This document shows positions 19,062 through 28,388 of a stretch of 64,000 nucleotides of DNA, piece after piece. The notes below the pieces were generated by a model. It was not told the DNA's origin, did no database searches, and saw only the letters and a program-made list of their open reading frames with translations. Source of the stretch: Candidatus Marinacidobacterales bacterium (lineage in GTDB: Bacteria; Acidobacteriota; Vicinamibacteria; Marinacidobacterales; DATDRI01); the NCBI GenBank assembly GCA_965226495.1, contig OZ245365.1, positions 5,568,001-5,632,000 of the forward strand, in the 5' to 3' direction. Numbering within the stretch: position 1 is the first letter of the stretch; every line of letters begins with the position of its first letter. A program made the position numbers and the translations under genes.

Positions 19062-20270
19062 TCACACACTAGGTCTCTTCAGAACGCTCCGCTTTCTTTC
19101 CGGATCGAAAAAGGGAAGCGGTGCGACTTTGGCAGCCACACGCTTGCGCGCGTACTCAATGGTCATCTCGAGTTCGACGCGCGTGCCCGGCTTAGCGTGC
19201 TCGGACCTGACGCTCGCAAGCGCGATGAACTTCTTCAGAAGCTTTGACCAACAGCTACTGGTTGCCCGACCGACCTGCCGATCGTCGACGTAAACGGGAA
19301 CCGGTTCCCGCGAAGCAACGTTCGACAGTTGCGGGAGCAAACCCACTTCCTCGTGGAGCTTCTCTAGCTCCTCCCACTTGATTTCAAGCCCCACGAAGGC
19401 GTATGTCGAGCCCTTCTCCTTCTCTTTCTCGAGCGCCTCGCGACCGATGAAGTAGGGCTTGTTGAAATTCACCGCCCATCCCAGTCCTATTTCGTAAGGA
19501 GAAGACTTTTGCGACTCGATGAGAGCCTTCTCGGCGCTAATGAAGTCCACCTCGATGAGCGGATACCCGGCTTCGATGCGAGCCAGATCCAACGCAAGCA
19601 TGCCGGCCGGAGTGATACCCCGACCCTTCCCGGCTTCCATCAAGAGATCCCATACCTGCTCGGCGTGATCCCGCGAAACCCAAACCTCGTACCCCAAATC
19701 GCCCGTGAAGCCGGTTCGGCTTACCCAGGTTGGAATGTTTCCCAAATTGGTGCGCGTGATCCAGAAGTACTTTAGATCGGACAAATCGGAGCTCGAGAGC
19801 TCCATTAAGATCTCTCGCGAGCGCGGCCCTTGAAGAGCGAGCGCGCCCACTTGCTCGGAGAGATCTTCTATCTCCACTTCCATTCCTTCGGCGTTCAGCT
19901 CGAACCACCGAAGCGTGGGGTCGGCAGCGGTGGCTCGAAAGGTGGTCTCGCCGAGACGCTGAAACGTGCCGTCTTGGATGACTTTGCCTTCTCGATCACA
20001 CCAAGGCACATAAAGGACCTGCCCTACTTTAGCCTTCGCCGCGTTCCTCGTGACGACACGGTTGACAAGCTTTGCCGCATCCCGGCCACGGATTTCGTAT
20101 TTGAAGAGCGGAGAGACATCGATGAGGCCCGCGCCGTTCCGCATTGCGTGGTACTCCGGGTCATGAAAATCGTCGTAAGAGCTGGGAGCGAAGTACCCGG
20201 ACCAATGACGCCAGTTCATACTGGTGCAGAGCACGGAAGTCCGAGAATGAAAGGGCGTTCCTACGGCCAT
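19062..20270 (-). CDS. GcvT-like aminomethyltransferase family protein
   Basis: TPFH, DVSPLFKY, LQGPRS, SRTGFTGDLGYE, ARIEAG, PFFDP; no gcvH/gcvP nearby. Confidence 0.9.
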   Translation of the reverse strand: MAVGTPFHSRTSVLCTSMNWRHWSGYFAPSSYDDFHDPEYHAMRNGAGLIDVSPLFKYEIRGRDAAKLVNRVVTRNAAKAKVGQVLYVPWCDREGKVIQDGTFQRLGETTFRATAADPTLRWFELNAEGMEVEIEDLSEQVGALALQGPRSREILMELSSSDLSDLKYFWITRTNLGNIPTWVSRTGFTGDLGYEVWVSRDHAEQVWDLLMEAGKGRGITPAGMLALDLARIEAGYPLIEVDFISAEKALIESQKSSPYEIGLGWAVNFNKPYFIGREALEKEKEKGSTYAFVGLEIKWEELEKLHEEVGLLPQLSNVASREPVPVYVDDRQVGRATSSCWSKLLKKFIALASVRSEHAKPGTRVELEMTIEYARKRVAAKVAPLPFFDPERKRSVLKRPSV

Positions 20271-20393
20271 GATGCCCTGGCTTGGAAGGTGGTCATAGAA
20301 AACTCCTCGTGGTCGGCAGTCTAGGTAGCCGCTTTTTTCGCGTCAACTCTACTACCTTATTACTATTGCCCATGCTATTCTCTTGGACCGCGT

Positions 20394-20426
20394 ACCACAA
20401 TGCAACCAGCGGTTCCATAATGTGGT
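20394..20426. promoter_or_regulatory. Candidate operator in the GcvT-like/flavoprotein divergent promoter
   Basis: TCCATAATGTGGT (20414-20426) matches ACCATAATATGGT at 16032-16044; a weaker copy ACCACAATG lies 20 bp upstream. Confidence 0.45.
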
Positions 20427-20441
20427 TCGGATCGACCGGGT

Positions 20442-22028
20442 ATGGCAAAAAGCTACGACGTCATCGTCATCGGTGCGGGACACAACGGCTTGGTGCACGC
20501 GGCCTATCTCGCAAAAGCCGGCAAGAAAGTTCTGGTGTTGGAACGTCGGCATCTCGTCGGCGGCGCCACCGTCACCGAGGAGATCTACCCCGGTTTCAAG
20601 TACTCGGTTTGCTCCTACGTCGTGAGCCTTCTCCGACCGGAAATCATCGAAGACCTGGACCTTGCTAGCCACGGACTTCAGCTTCTTTCTCTCGACGGCA
20701 CCTTCACTCCTCTTCCTAACGGCGACTACCTCGCCCGTTGGGGTGATCATGATAAGACGCGCCAAGAGCTGATCCGTCACTCCCGAAAGGACGCCGAGGC
20801 TTACGACCAGTTCGGAACGTTGATGTACCACCTTTCGCGGGCAGTTCGGTCCATGCTTTCCACGGTGCCTCCCGATCCCACCTCTTTCAAACCGTCCGAT
20901 CTCGCCGGACTTGCACGAATCGGACATCAATTTCACGGCCTGGGAGAGGAGCGTCTCTACGATCTCACCAAGCTCATGACGATGAGCTCCGTCGATTTCC
21001 TCGACGAATGGTTCGAGTACGAGCCGTTGAAGGCGACTATGGCTGCGAGCGGTATCATCGGTACGTTTCTCGGTCCCCGCTCGCCGGGAACGGCCTACGT
21101 CCTCCTCCATCACTACATGGGGGAGATCGACGGTGTCTTTCGTTCTTGGGGATTTCCGCGGGGGGGCATGGGTTCGGTCGCCGAGTCCATCGCTTCGTCG
21201 GCGAGAAGCCTCGGCGCTGAAGTTCGCACCGAAGCTCCCATCGCTCGTCTCCTCGTCAAGAATGGCAAGGCAGAAGGCGTGGTGCTCGAAAGCGGTGAGG
21301 AGATCCGTGCGCGAGCCGTCGCCTCGAGCCTGGATCCCAAGCGGACCTTCTTGAAACTGATCGAACCGAGCGATCTTGACTCCGATTTCGCGGAATCCGT
21401 ACGTCGCTTCAAGATTCGTGGCTCTTCTGGAAAAGTGAACCTGGCGCTCGACGAGCTTCCCAACTTCACCTGTTTGCCTGGCGACGGCCCGCATCTCCGC
21501 GGATCGATCTCCATCAGTCCGAGCATCGACTACTTAGAGGAAGCCTACGACGACGCCAAGTACGGAGATTTTTCGAGAAAACCGTACATGGACATCCTCA
21601 TTCCCTCTGTAATCGATCCATCGATGGCCCCACCGGGAAAGCATGTGATGTCGATCTTCGTGCAATACGCCCCCTACCATTTGAAGGAAGGTACTTGGGA
21701 GGAAAAACGCGAAGCGTTCGGTGACGCCGTCGTGAATACGCTCAGTGAGTACGCGCCTAATCTAAAGAACTCCATTCTTCATCGACAAGTGCTCACGCCT
21801 TGGGATCTCGAGCAGAAGATCGGGCTCACCGAAGGGAATATCTTTCATGGCGAGTTGACTATGGATCAACTCTTTTTCCTCCGACCCGTCCCCGGTTGGG
21901 CGAAGTATCGCACCCCTATTCGCAACTTCTATCTCTGCGGATCGGGAGCTCACCCAGGTGGGGGCGTGATGGGCTCACCGGGTAAGCTCGCCGCCCAAGA
22001 ATTGCTAAAGGATTGGGAAAGCCTGTAG
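20442..22028 (+). CDS. Phytoene dehydrogenase-like (PYROXD2-type) FAD oxidoreductase, paralog A
   Basis: GAGHNGL, GGA.VTEE, SLLRP, GGMG, GNIFHG, CGSGAHPGGGV. Confidence 0.9.
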   Translation: MAKSYDVIVIGAGHNGLVHAAYLAKAGKKVLVLERRHLVGGATVTEEIYPGFKYSVCSYVVSLLRPEIIEDLDLASHGLQLLSLDGTFTPLPNGDYLARWGDHDKTRQELIRHSRKDAEAYDQFGTLMYHLSRAVRSMLSTVPPDPTSFKPSDLAGLARIGHQFHGLGEERLYDLTKLMTMSSVDFLDEWFEYEPLKATMAASGIIGTFLGPRSPGTAYVLLHHYMGEIDGVFRSWGFPRGGMGSVAESIASSARSLGAEVRTEAPIARLLVKNGKAEGVVLESGEEIRARAVASSLDPKRTFLKLIEPSDLDSDFAESVRRFKIRGSSGKVNLALDELPNFTCLPGDGPHLRGSISISPSIDYLEEAYDDAKYGDFSRKPYMDILIPSVIDPSMAPPGKHVMSIFVQYAPYHLKEGTWEEKREAFGDAVVNTLSEYAPNLKNSILHRQVLTPWDLEQKIGLTEGNIFHGELTMDQLFFLRPVPGWAKYRTPIRNFYLCGSGAHPGGGVMGSPGKLAAQELLKDWESL

Positions 22029-22281
22029 CAACTATGTGTGTTGATCGCCCCAGGGTCCCAGTGAACTACCGTCCCCGCCGGAGGGCAACGTGGCCAAGAC
22101 GGCCCGGCAGGGCCGCCGGCCGGGAGGAATTGACTCATGAATTACACGGTCAAGGGAACCGGCCGGGTTTTTCGCCCGAGCGAAGCCTTGAAACGATGTC
22201 GTAGTCGCGAAGTCGACGGAGCATCAAGGCTTGGGGGTGGGGCCCCACTCGCATTAATCAAAGATTGGGAAGGCCTGTAGC
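22008..22281. mobile_element. About 230-bp structured insert flanked by 22-bp direct repeats (MITE/REP-like)
   Basis: AAGGATTGGGAAAGCCTGTAGC (22008-22029) versus AAAGATTGGGAAGGCCTGTAGC (22260-22281), 20/22 identical; internal stems AAGCCTTGA/TCAAGGCTT and TTGAC/GTCAA. Confidence 0.55.
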
Positions 22282-22282
22282 C

Positions 22283-23890
22283 GTGAGCACGAACCACGAT
22301 GTCATTATTATCGGCGCAGGACACAACGGCCTCGTCACCGCGGCCTACCTAGCCAAGGCCGGCAAGAAGGTCCTGGTCCTCGAGCGACGAGACATTGTCG
22401 GCGGTTCGGTGGTCACCGAGAAGTTCGCGCCCGGCTTCAAGGCCTCCCCGACGACGGACCTGTGTGGTCTTCTTCTTCCCCAGGTTGTCCGTGAGTTGGA
22501 TCTAAAGAGTCACGGTCTCGAGCTTCTTCCCGTGAACCCCGCAGTTTTTCTACCTCTTGAAGACGGTAGTCATCTCACGATCTGGCGCGAACGAGAGAAG
22601 ACGCTCCGCGAGATCGAGCGTCACTCGTCTGCCGATGCGAAGGCGTATCCGCGTTTCGCCAAGCTCGTTCAGAGCCTCACGTCGTTCATGCGACCCCAGC
22701 TTTCGCGCCCCGCGCCGAAACCCGGCAGCGGGAGCCCAGGTGACCTCTTGGAGTTATTGAGGCTCGGATGGGGTATGCGAAGTCTGGGTGCCAACGACAT
22801 GCATCAACTTCTCCGCGTCCTGCCGATGTCGGTAGCGGACTGGGTCAATGAGTGGTTCGAAGGAGATGGCTTGAAGGCAGCGTTGGTAGCACGCGGCATC
22901 GGCGGCGTGTTTCTGAGCCCCCGAGACGCGGGCAGCGCCGCCGTCTTCCTCTACCACCATCTGGGACGACCGGATTGGCCTCTCGTGTCTTGGGGATTTC
23001 CTCGTGGCGGCATGGGCGGCGTGACCCAGGCGCTTGCAAGGGCTGCTAAAGCGGCGGGCGTCGAGGTTCGCACCGGCACCTCTGTCGCCCACGTCATCTT
23101 GAAGAACGGTCGAGCCACCGGCGTCGCCCTCGATAACGGAGATGAGCTCACGTCTAGACTCGTCGTTTCCAATGCCGATCCGCACACCACGTTCCTGAAA
23201 CTCGTCGAGCCCCATGAGCTCGAAACCGAGTTCATCGGTCGTGTCAAGGCCATTCGTTACCGAGGCGTCGTCGCCAAGATCAACATGGCCGTTTCCGAGC
23301 TCCCTAATTTCTCTTGTCTTCCGGGCAAGGAGCCTGCCGCTCATCATCAAGGCCTGATCCAGATCGGAGCCGAGATCGATTACTTGGAGCGCGCTTTCGA
23401 CGACGCGAAGTACGGTCGCTTCTCGTCCAAGCCCTTCCTTCAGGCAACGATACCGTCATTGACTGATCCCAATCTAGCCCCTTCCGGACAGCACGTCGTG
23501 TCGGTTCTCATGCAGTACGCTCCCTACCATCTCCGTGAAGGGACCTGGGACAATCGAAGAGAAGAGCTAGGTGACGTGGTGGTCGACACACTGAACGCGT
23601 ACGCTCCGAACTTGAGGCAATCGATTCTCCATCGTGAGGTACTGACGCCGCTGGACTTCGAAACAAGGTTTGGATTGACAGAAGGTAATCTCCATCAAGG
23701 AGATCTCGCTCTCGACCAATTTCTTTTCATGAGGCCGGTGCCCGGCTGGGCACGCTACCGGACTCCCGTTCCCAACCTCTACCTCTGCGGTGCTGCAACT
23801 CACCCCGGCGGTGGCGTCAGCGGTGCCCCCGGCTACAATGCTAGCCGTCAGATCTTGAAAGACTGGGGAACGATCGAAGCGAACCGCTGA
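22283..23890 (+). CDS. Phytoene dehydrogenase-like (PYROXD2-type) FAD oxidoreductase, paralog B
   Basis: GAGHNGL, GGMG, GNLHQG, CGAATHPGGGVSG; GTG start at 22283 is in frame with ORF 22265..23890. Confidence 0.9.
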   Translation: MSTNHDVIIIGAGHNGLVTAAYLAKAGKKVLVLERRDIVGGSVVTEKFAPGFKASPTTDLCGLLLPQVVRELDLKSHGLELLPVNPAVFLPLEDGSHLTIWREREKTLREIERHSSADAKAYPRFAKLVQSLTSFMRPQLSRPAPKPGSGSPGDLLELLRLGWGMRSLGANDMHQLLRVLPMSVADWVNEWFEGDGLKAALVARGIGGVFLSPRDAGSAAVFLYHHLGRPDWPLVSWGFPRGGMGGVTQALARAAKAAGVEVRTGTSVAHVILKNGRATGVALDNGDELTSRLVVSNADPHTTFLKLVEPHELETEFIGRVKAIRYRGVVAKINMAVSELPNFSCLPGKEPAAHHQGLIQIGAEIDYLERAFDDAKYGRFSSKPFLQATIPSLTDPNLAPSGQHVVSVLMQYAPYHLREGTWDNRREELGDVVVDTLNAYAPNLRQSILHREVLTPLDFETRFGLTEGNLHQGDLALDQFLFMRPVPGWARYRTPVPNLYLCGAATHPGGGVSGAPGYNASRQILKDWGTIEANR

Positions 23891-23900
23891 GGTCCTGAAC

Positions 23901-24590
23901 ATGCGTAAGCTTCTACTCGCCTTTCTCTTTCGGCGATGGTCGCGTACGCTCAGGAATACGATTCGAGCCTTCCTACTCCCGAGTCGGTGCTTGGATCTCG
24001 GCTCGGTGCCCAGGTCACCGACCACGCCGGCATGGAGCGGTACCTGGCCGCGCTCGCCCAAGCCTCACCGCGTATCGTCTACGGCGCCTACGGATCGGAT
24101 TACGAAAACCGAGAGCTTCGCTACCTCGTCGTCTCGAGCGAAGAGAACATAGGACGCCTGGACGACATCAAATCTGCGAACAACCGCCTGACCGACCCCA
24201 GAACACTTTCCGTCGGAGATGCTTCGTCTCTCATCGAGAAGACACCGGTAACGGTGTGGCTCAACTGCAGCACGGATGGAAACGAGACCGCAGGTTTGGA
24301 ATCGGCGCTCATGATGGCCTACTACCTCGCATCGGCGACGGACATCGAGACGAAGAACCTGCTCGAAGGGGCGGTGGTCGTTCTCACTCCCCTCATGAAC
24401 CCGAGCTCCCGCGGGCCCCACCGGTAATCCCGATGCACAATCCTCCGTGGGGCATCCTGACCAACAATAACCATTACCTCGTCGACCTCAATCGAGAATC
24501 GATCCGGGCAACACAGAAAGAATCGGCAGCGCTCCGCGACTTTTACTACGAATGGAACCCGATGGTCTTCATCGACCTCCACGGGCTCCT
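23901..24590 (+). pseudogene. M14 zinc-carboxypeptidase-like gene fragment
   Basis: Signal peptide (frameshift near 23930), PTPESVLG, YG...ENREL, STDGNE, PLMNP, then NHYLVDLNR and P.VFIDLH in another frame; truncated. Confidence 0.7.
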
Positions 24591-25966
24591 CCATGGGTCG
24601 TCGACCGCCTTCAATTCAAGCAAGACTACATCGGCTACCTGGATCGTCGCCGTACGCATCTCTACGTTTTGAACGTCGACACCGGAAAGCAAACGCAGCT
24701 TACCTTCGGCGACTACGACGACTCGCAGCCTGCCTGGTCGCCCGACGGCCAGCGGATCGCGTTTGTGAGCAACCGCACCGAAGAACCCGACATCAACTAC
24801 AACACCGACATATGGGTCGTGGATGTCGACCGCCCGGCCGAGCCTGCCAAGCCTGCTAAAGAAGGCAAGCTCACCCAGATCACAACCAACCCCGGACCCG
24901 ATCGCTCGCCGGCTTGGAGCCCCGATGGCCAGTCCATCTATTTTCTTCTCGAGGATAGTGGCGAATTGAACCTGGCGAGCATTTCGGCCGGTGGAGGTTC
25001 GGTGGCGCGTATCGTCCAATGACCTCGCGTCGTCAACACGTACTCTCTAGGGGCGAGGCGGGGCAGTCGTCGCGCTCGTCAGCGAGACTCATTTCACACC
25101 AGAGGTGTTCACACTCAAGGACGGGAAACTCGAGCAGATCACCCACGCCAACCGCGACCTTTTGGCCGAAGTTCGCCTTGGCGAAACCGAGAACATCCAC
25201 TTCAAGAGCAAAGACGGTACCCACATCGAGGGCTTTATTACCAAACCTCCCGACTTTCAGCAGGGCACGCGTTATCCCACACTTCTTCGCATCCACGGGG
25301 GGCCGATTTCGCAATACGATTTTGGATTCAGTTTCGACGCACAGCTCTTCGCGGCCAACGGCTATGTCGTGGTCCGAACCAATCCGCGAGGGATCCTCGG
25401 GCTATGGTCAGACCTTCTCGCTCGGAATCTGGCAGAGCTGGGGGGAGAAAGATTCTGAGGATGTGCTAGCAGGTGTTGACTACGCGATCGAGCAGGGCTA
25501 CGCCGATCCTGAACGGCTCGGTGTCGGGGGTTGGTCGTACGGCGGCATTCTGACCAACCACGTCATTACCCGAACCGATCGGTGCAAGACGGCGATCACC
25601 GGAGCCAGCGAGACCCTTTACATCGTCAACTACGGGCACGACATTTATCAGCGGTGGTGGGAGCGCGAGCTAGGACTTCCTTGAAAGAACCGGGAACTGT
25701 GGGAGAAGATGTCTCCGTTCAACAACGTCGAGAAAATCGTCACCCCCACCCTCATCATGGGCGGCGAGAAGGACTGGAACGTGCCCATCAACAACTCCGA
25801 GCTTCTCTACCAAGCGCTGCGCCGACTCGGCCGCACCACGGAACTCGTGGTCTATCCGAATCAGTACCACGGCCTGAGCGTACCGTCGTACCAGAAGGAT
25901 CGATTCGAACGTTACCTGAATTGGTACGGCAAGTACGTAAAAGGAGAAGACGAAGCTACCAACTAG
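24585..25966 (+). pseudogene. S9 prolyl-oligopeptidase-family peptidase relic
   Basis: PAWSPDG PD40 repeats, IHGGP, NPRG, GWSYGG nucleophile, GEKDWNVP and YPNQYH are spread over several frames; in-frame TGA at 25682-25684; N-terminus absent. Confidence 0.8.
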
Positions 25967-25981
25967 GAATGGAAAAAATAG

Positions 25982-26014
25982 AGGGGAGCATCCTGAGCGG
26001 ATGCTCCCCTTTTC
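25982..26014. terminator. Rho-independent, probably bidirectional terminator
   Basis: 12-bp stem AGGGGAGCATCC/GGATGCTCCCCT with a 5-nt loop, a T-run after and an A-run before, between convergent genes. Confidence 0.8.
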
Positions 26015-26026
26015 TGTCTTGCTAGA

Positions 26027-26515
26027 CTATTCTTCTTCAGTACTCGGCGGAACCATCGGTATTCGACTAAGACCGGCCTCGTACAGCCACTCGCCGTCTT
26101 TCTTCCCCAAGACTACGGTGTACAAACCCTCCATCGGTGGTCCTCCTTCAGCGTCCGGAAGACCACTCATCGTCCATACACCATCGCCAATAGCAACGTT
26201 GGGTCGGATGAAGCGAATGGAGAGCTGCTCGAATTCGAGTTGAGCGCCTTCGGGCAAGTCGGCAAACGCTTTTGCTTCCTCTTCCTCGATCGCCATACGC
26301 CCGCTGATGATCTCGCCCGTGACACTAACGCCAGAGGCATCCTCTGTATAGAGTGCACCGATGGACTTCGCATCGCGGTTGCTCCAGGCTTCCCGGTAGC
26401 GGTCATCCAACTGGGCAATGGCTTCCTCGTCCGCTGCGGTGTCCTGAGCAACAATAACACTACCCAACGACACGAGGAGCCCCAAGACTGTTATCACTGA
26501 AAAGAAAATGCGCAT
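26027..26515 (-). CDS. Secreted SnoaL/NTF2-like protein (SgcJ/EcaC, DUF4440-like)
   Basis: Signal peptide; AW...DA..I.ALYTEDA...G....GR.AI; IRFIRPNVAI; GEW. Confidence 0.8.
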   Translation of the reverse strand: MRIFFSVITVLGLLVSLGSVIVAQDTAADEEAIAQLDDRYREAWSNRDAKSIGALYTEDASGVSVTGEIISGRMAIEEEEAKAFADLPEGAQLEFEQLSIRFIRPNVAIGDGVWTMSGLPDAEGGPPMEGLYTVVLGKKDGEWLYEAGLSRIPMVPPSTEEE

Positions 26516-26558
26516 CGCTATCCCTCCTTAAATGGGATCTATTCTTAGAAATCGAGAC

Positions 26559-27080
26559 TTATGTCGTGCCGGGAGCCTTGACCGGGAACCAGGAGCGGAG
26601 ACTGGTGATGAGCCACTGGTCTCCTTCTTGGACGAGGATATTGGTGTACAAGCCTTTTTGCGCTGGCATCTCCTCACCCTCGGCGCCCGCAATACCCGAG
26701 ACCTCGAAACTACCGTGGACAAGGGCAACGCCCTCATCCAACTCGCGGAGGTTAGTCGTATGGATCGAGACGGTAGTCCCCGAGTAGATGGTCTCGAACA
26801 ACATGGCGTACCGTTTAGCTATCTCCTCACGACCGGAGTACATCTCACCGTCCGGCCCGGAACTGTCAGCATCTGCGGTGTACTGAGCCGCGACTGCGGC
26901 GGCGTCCCCGGCGTTCCATGCAACCTCGAAAGCCTCAATGATCGCCTGCTGGCCCGCTTCGACGGAAGACTCCATCGATTCTTTGGCTGGGGCCTCCTCG
27001 GTGGCCTGCTCTGCCGCCGGCTGGCAGCCTATCAAAACGGCGACGGCCGCAAAAGTGACGAAAAAGAATAGTTTATGCAT
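26559..27080 (-). CDS. Lipoprotein with SnoaL/NTF2-like domain, paralog of the neighbouring gene
   Basis: Lipobox-like LIGC; AWNAGDA...YTADA...GREEI; GLYT...QWLI; GGAGG RBS. Confidence 0.8.
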   Translation of the reverse strand: MHKLFFFVTFAAVAVLIGCQPAAEQATEEAPAKESMESSVEAGQQAIIEAFEVAWNAGDAAAVAAQYTADADSSGPDGEMYSGREEIAKRYAMLFETIYSGTTVSIHTTNLRELDEGVALVHGSFEVSGIAGAEGEEMPAQKGLYTNILVQEGDQWLITSLRSWFPVKAPGTT

Positions 27081-27604
27081 AGTCCCTCCTTCTTTGGGGG
27101 CGAAACGTCCCCCTAACCCCGCATTGGCGGGTTGACTCTATGCCCCCGTCACCTCCAAGTCAACTGCCTGAGATCACGGAAAAGAACCTTGATGAGCATG
27201 GATGTGCAGATTTTCACGGAAACGCCGCGAAATACCCAGCTCAGCCGATAGCCCGCGAGCGCACCGACAGGCGCTCTCATCTATAACAGTTCGCCCCCAT
27301 GCCGGTCGAAGCCGAGCTCGCCGGTTCGAGCTTCGGGGGTCATTTCCTCAAGGTGAAATGGATCGGCGTCAACATGCGGATGGAACTTCAGATCGAAGGG
27401 CAATTCATCGTCACGCCGCCAGTCCGCTCCGTCGAGATCGACTCCAGCCTTCCGGGCCCGTTTTAGTTTCCCGCCGGAATCTCGAAGCTGTCTCCCTGCT
27501 TGGGCGAGATACAATCCCGGCAATCCGACACTTCTTCACTCGGCTGGTGGTGGTAGATCACTTTTCTATCACCGGGCAACTGCCTTCCCGCCCGCATCGT
27601 CTCA

Positions 27605-28366
27605 TCAGCATTTCGCCAGAACACCGCCATCGGCGACGAGATCGATTCCAGTGATAAAGCTAGCTTGATCGGCAAGCAGAAACAGAGTCGCAAAGGAAAT
27701 ATCTTCGGGTTGGCCGACCCGACCCAATGGTGTCCGGGACGCCATGGCCTCGATTCTCTCGGGATCTCGATAGATCTCATCGGTCATGGGGGTTTGCACA
27801 GCACCCGGACAGACCGTGTTGGATCGAATCTTATAGGGCGCATACTGAATGGCCAAGGACCGGCTCAGAGAAATGAGTGCCGCCTTGGACATCTGGTAGG
27901 CATCCAAAGCGCCGCCTTCGGAAATATTCTCCATATTATGAAGACCGGTGATGCTGGCGATATGAACCATCGCCCCTCCATACTTCAACATGTGTGGAAG
28001 ACACGCCTTTGTAGAAAGGATGGCACCAAAAAGATTGACCTGCAGCGTACGTTTCAACACTTCCATGTCGCGTCCCAAAATACCGCCATCGCGATCGAGA
28101 AGGGCCACCCCGGCAGCGTTCACTAGGTAGCGCGGCGGGCCGAGTGCGTCGGTGACTTGCTGAACCGAGTCGGCGACGAAGTTGGCATCTGTGATGTCAC
28201 CACGGTAATAGTGTCGTCCTTCGTTAGTCTCGGCGAATGGATGCGGCTTCTTGTCCAGTATCGCGACCGACACACTCGACCGACGCAGATCGGTGGCGAT
28301 GCAACAGCCGATTCCTCCCGCGCCGCCGGTGACGACGGCGACTTTGCCGGAAAATGTTGGTTTCAC
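27605..28366 (-). CDS. Short-chain dehydrogenase/reductase
   Basis: TGGAGGIG, VNAAG, YQMSK catalytic motif, IRSNTVCPG, TPLGRVGQPED, DGG; AGGAG before the GTG at 28366. Confidence 0.92.
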   Translation of the reverse strand: MKPTFSGKVAVVTGGAGGIGCCIATDLRRSSVSVAILDKKPHPFAETNEGRHYYRGDITDANFVADSVQQVTDALGPPRYLVNAAGVALLDRDGGILGRDMEVLKRTLQVNLFGAILSTKACLPHMLKYGGAMVHIASITGLHNMENISEGGALDAYQMSKAALISLSRSLAIQYAPYKIRSNTVCPGAVQTPMTDEIYRDPERIEAMASRTPLGRVGQPEDISFATLFLLADQASFITGIDLVADGGVLAKC

Positions 28367-28388
28367 GTCATCGGCTCCTACGTTCACT

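Noticed and set aside
19062-20270. Canonical glycine cleavage gcvT
   Set aside because: No gcvH/gcvP or glycine riboswitch seen; the DVSPL motif differs from the DVSHM of true GcvT.
20442-23890. Carotenoid biosynthesis (crtI) genes
   Set aside because: The motifs are PYROXD2-type, and no crtB/crtE or hopanoid genes are nearby.
25682-25684. In-frame TGA as selenocysteine or Trp recoding
   Set aside because: The position fits a TGG-to-TGA change in an already broken gene; TGA ends many intact genes here and no SECIS-like hairpin was evident.
27200-27600. Possible cupin gene fragment (GDSFEIPAG)
   Set aside because: Only one short motif, interrupted by stops, with no consistent reading frame.
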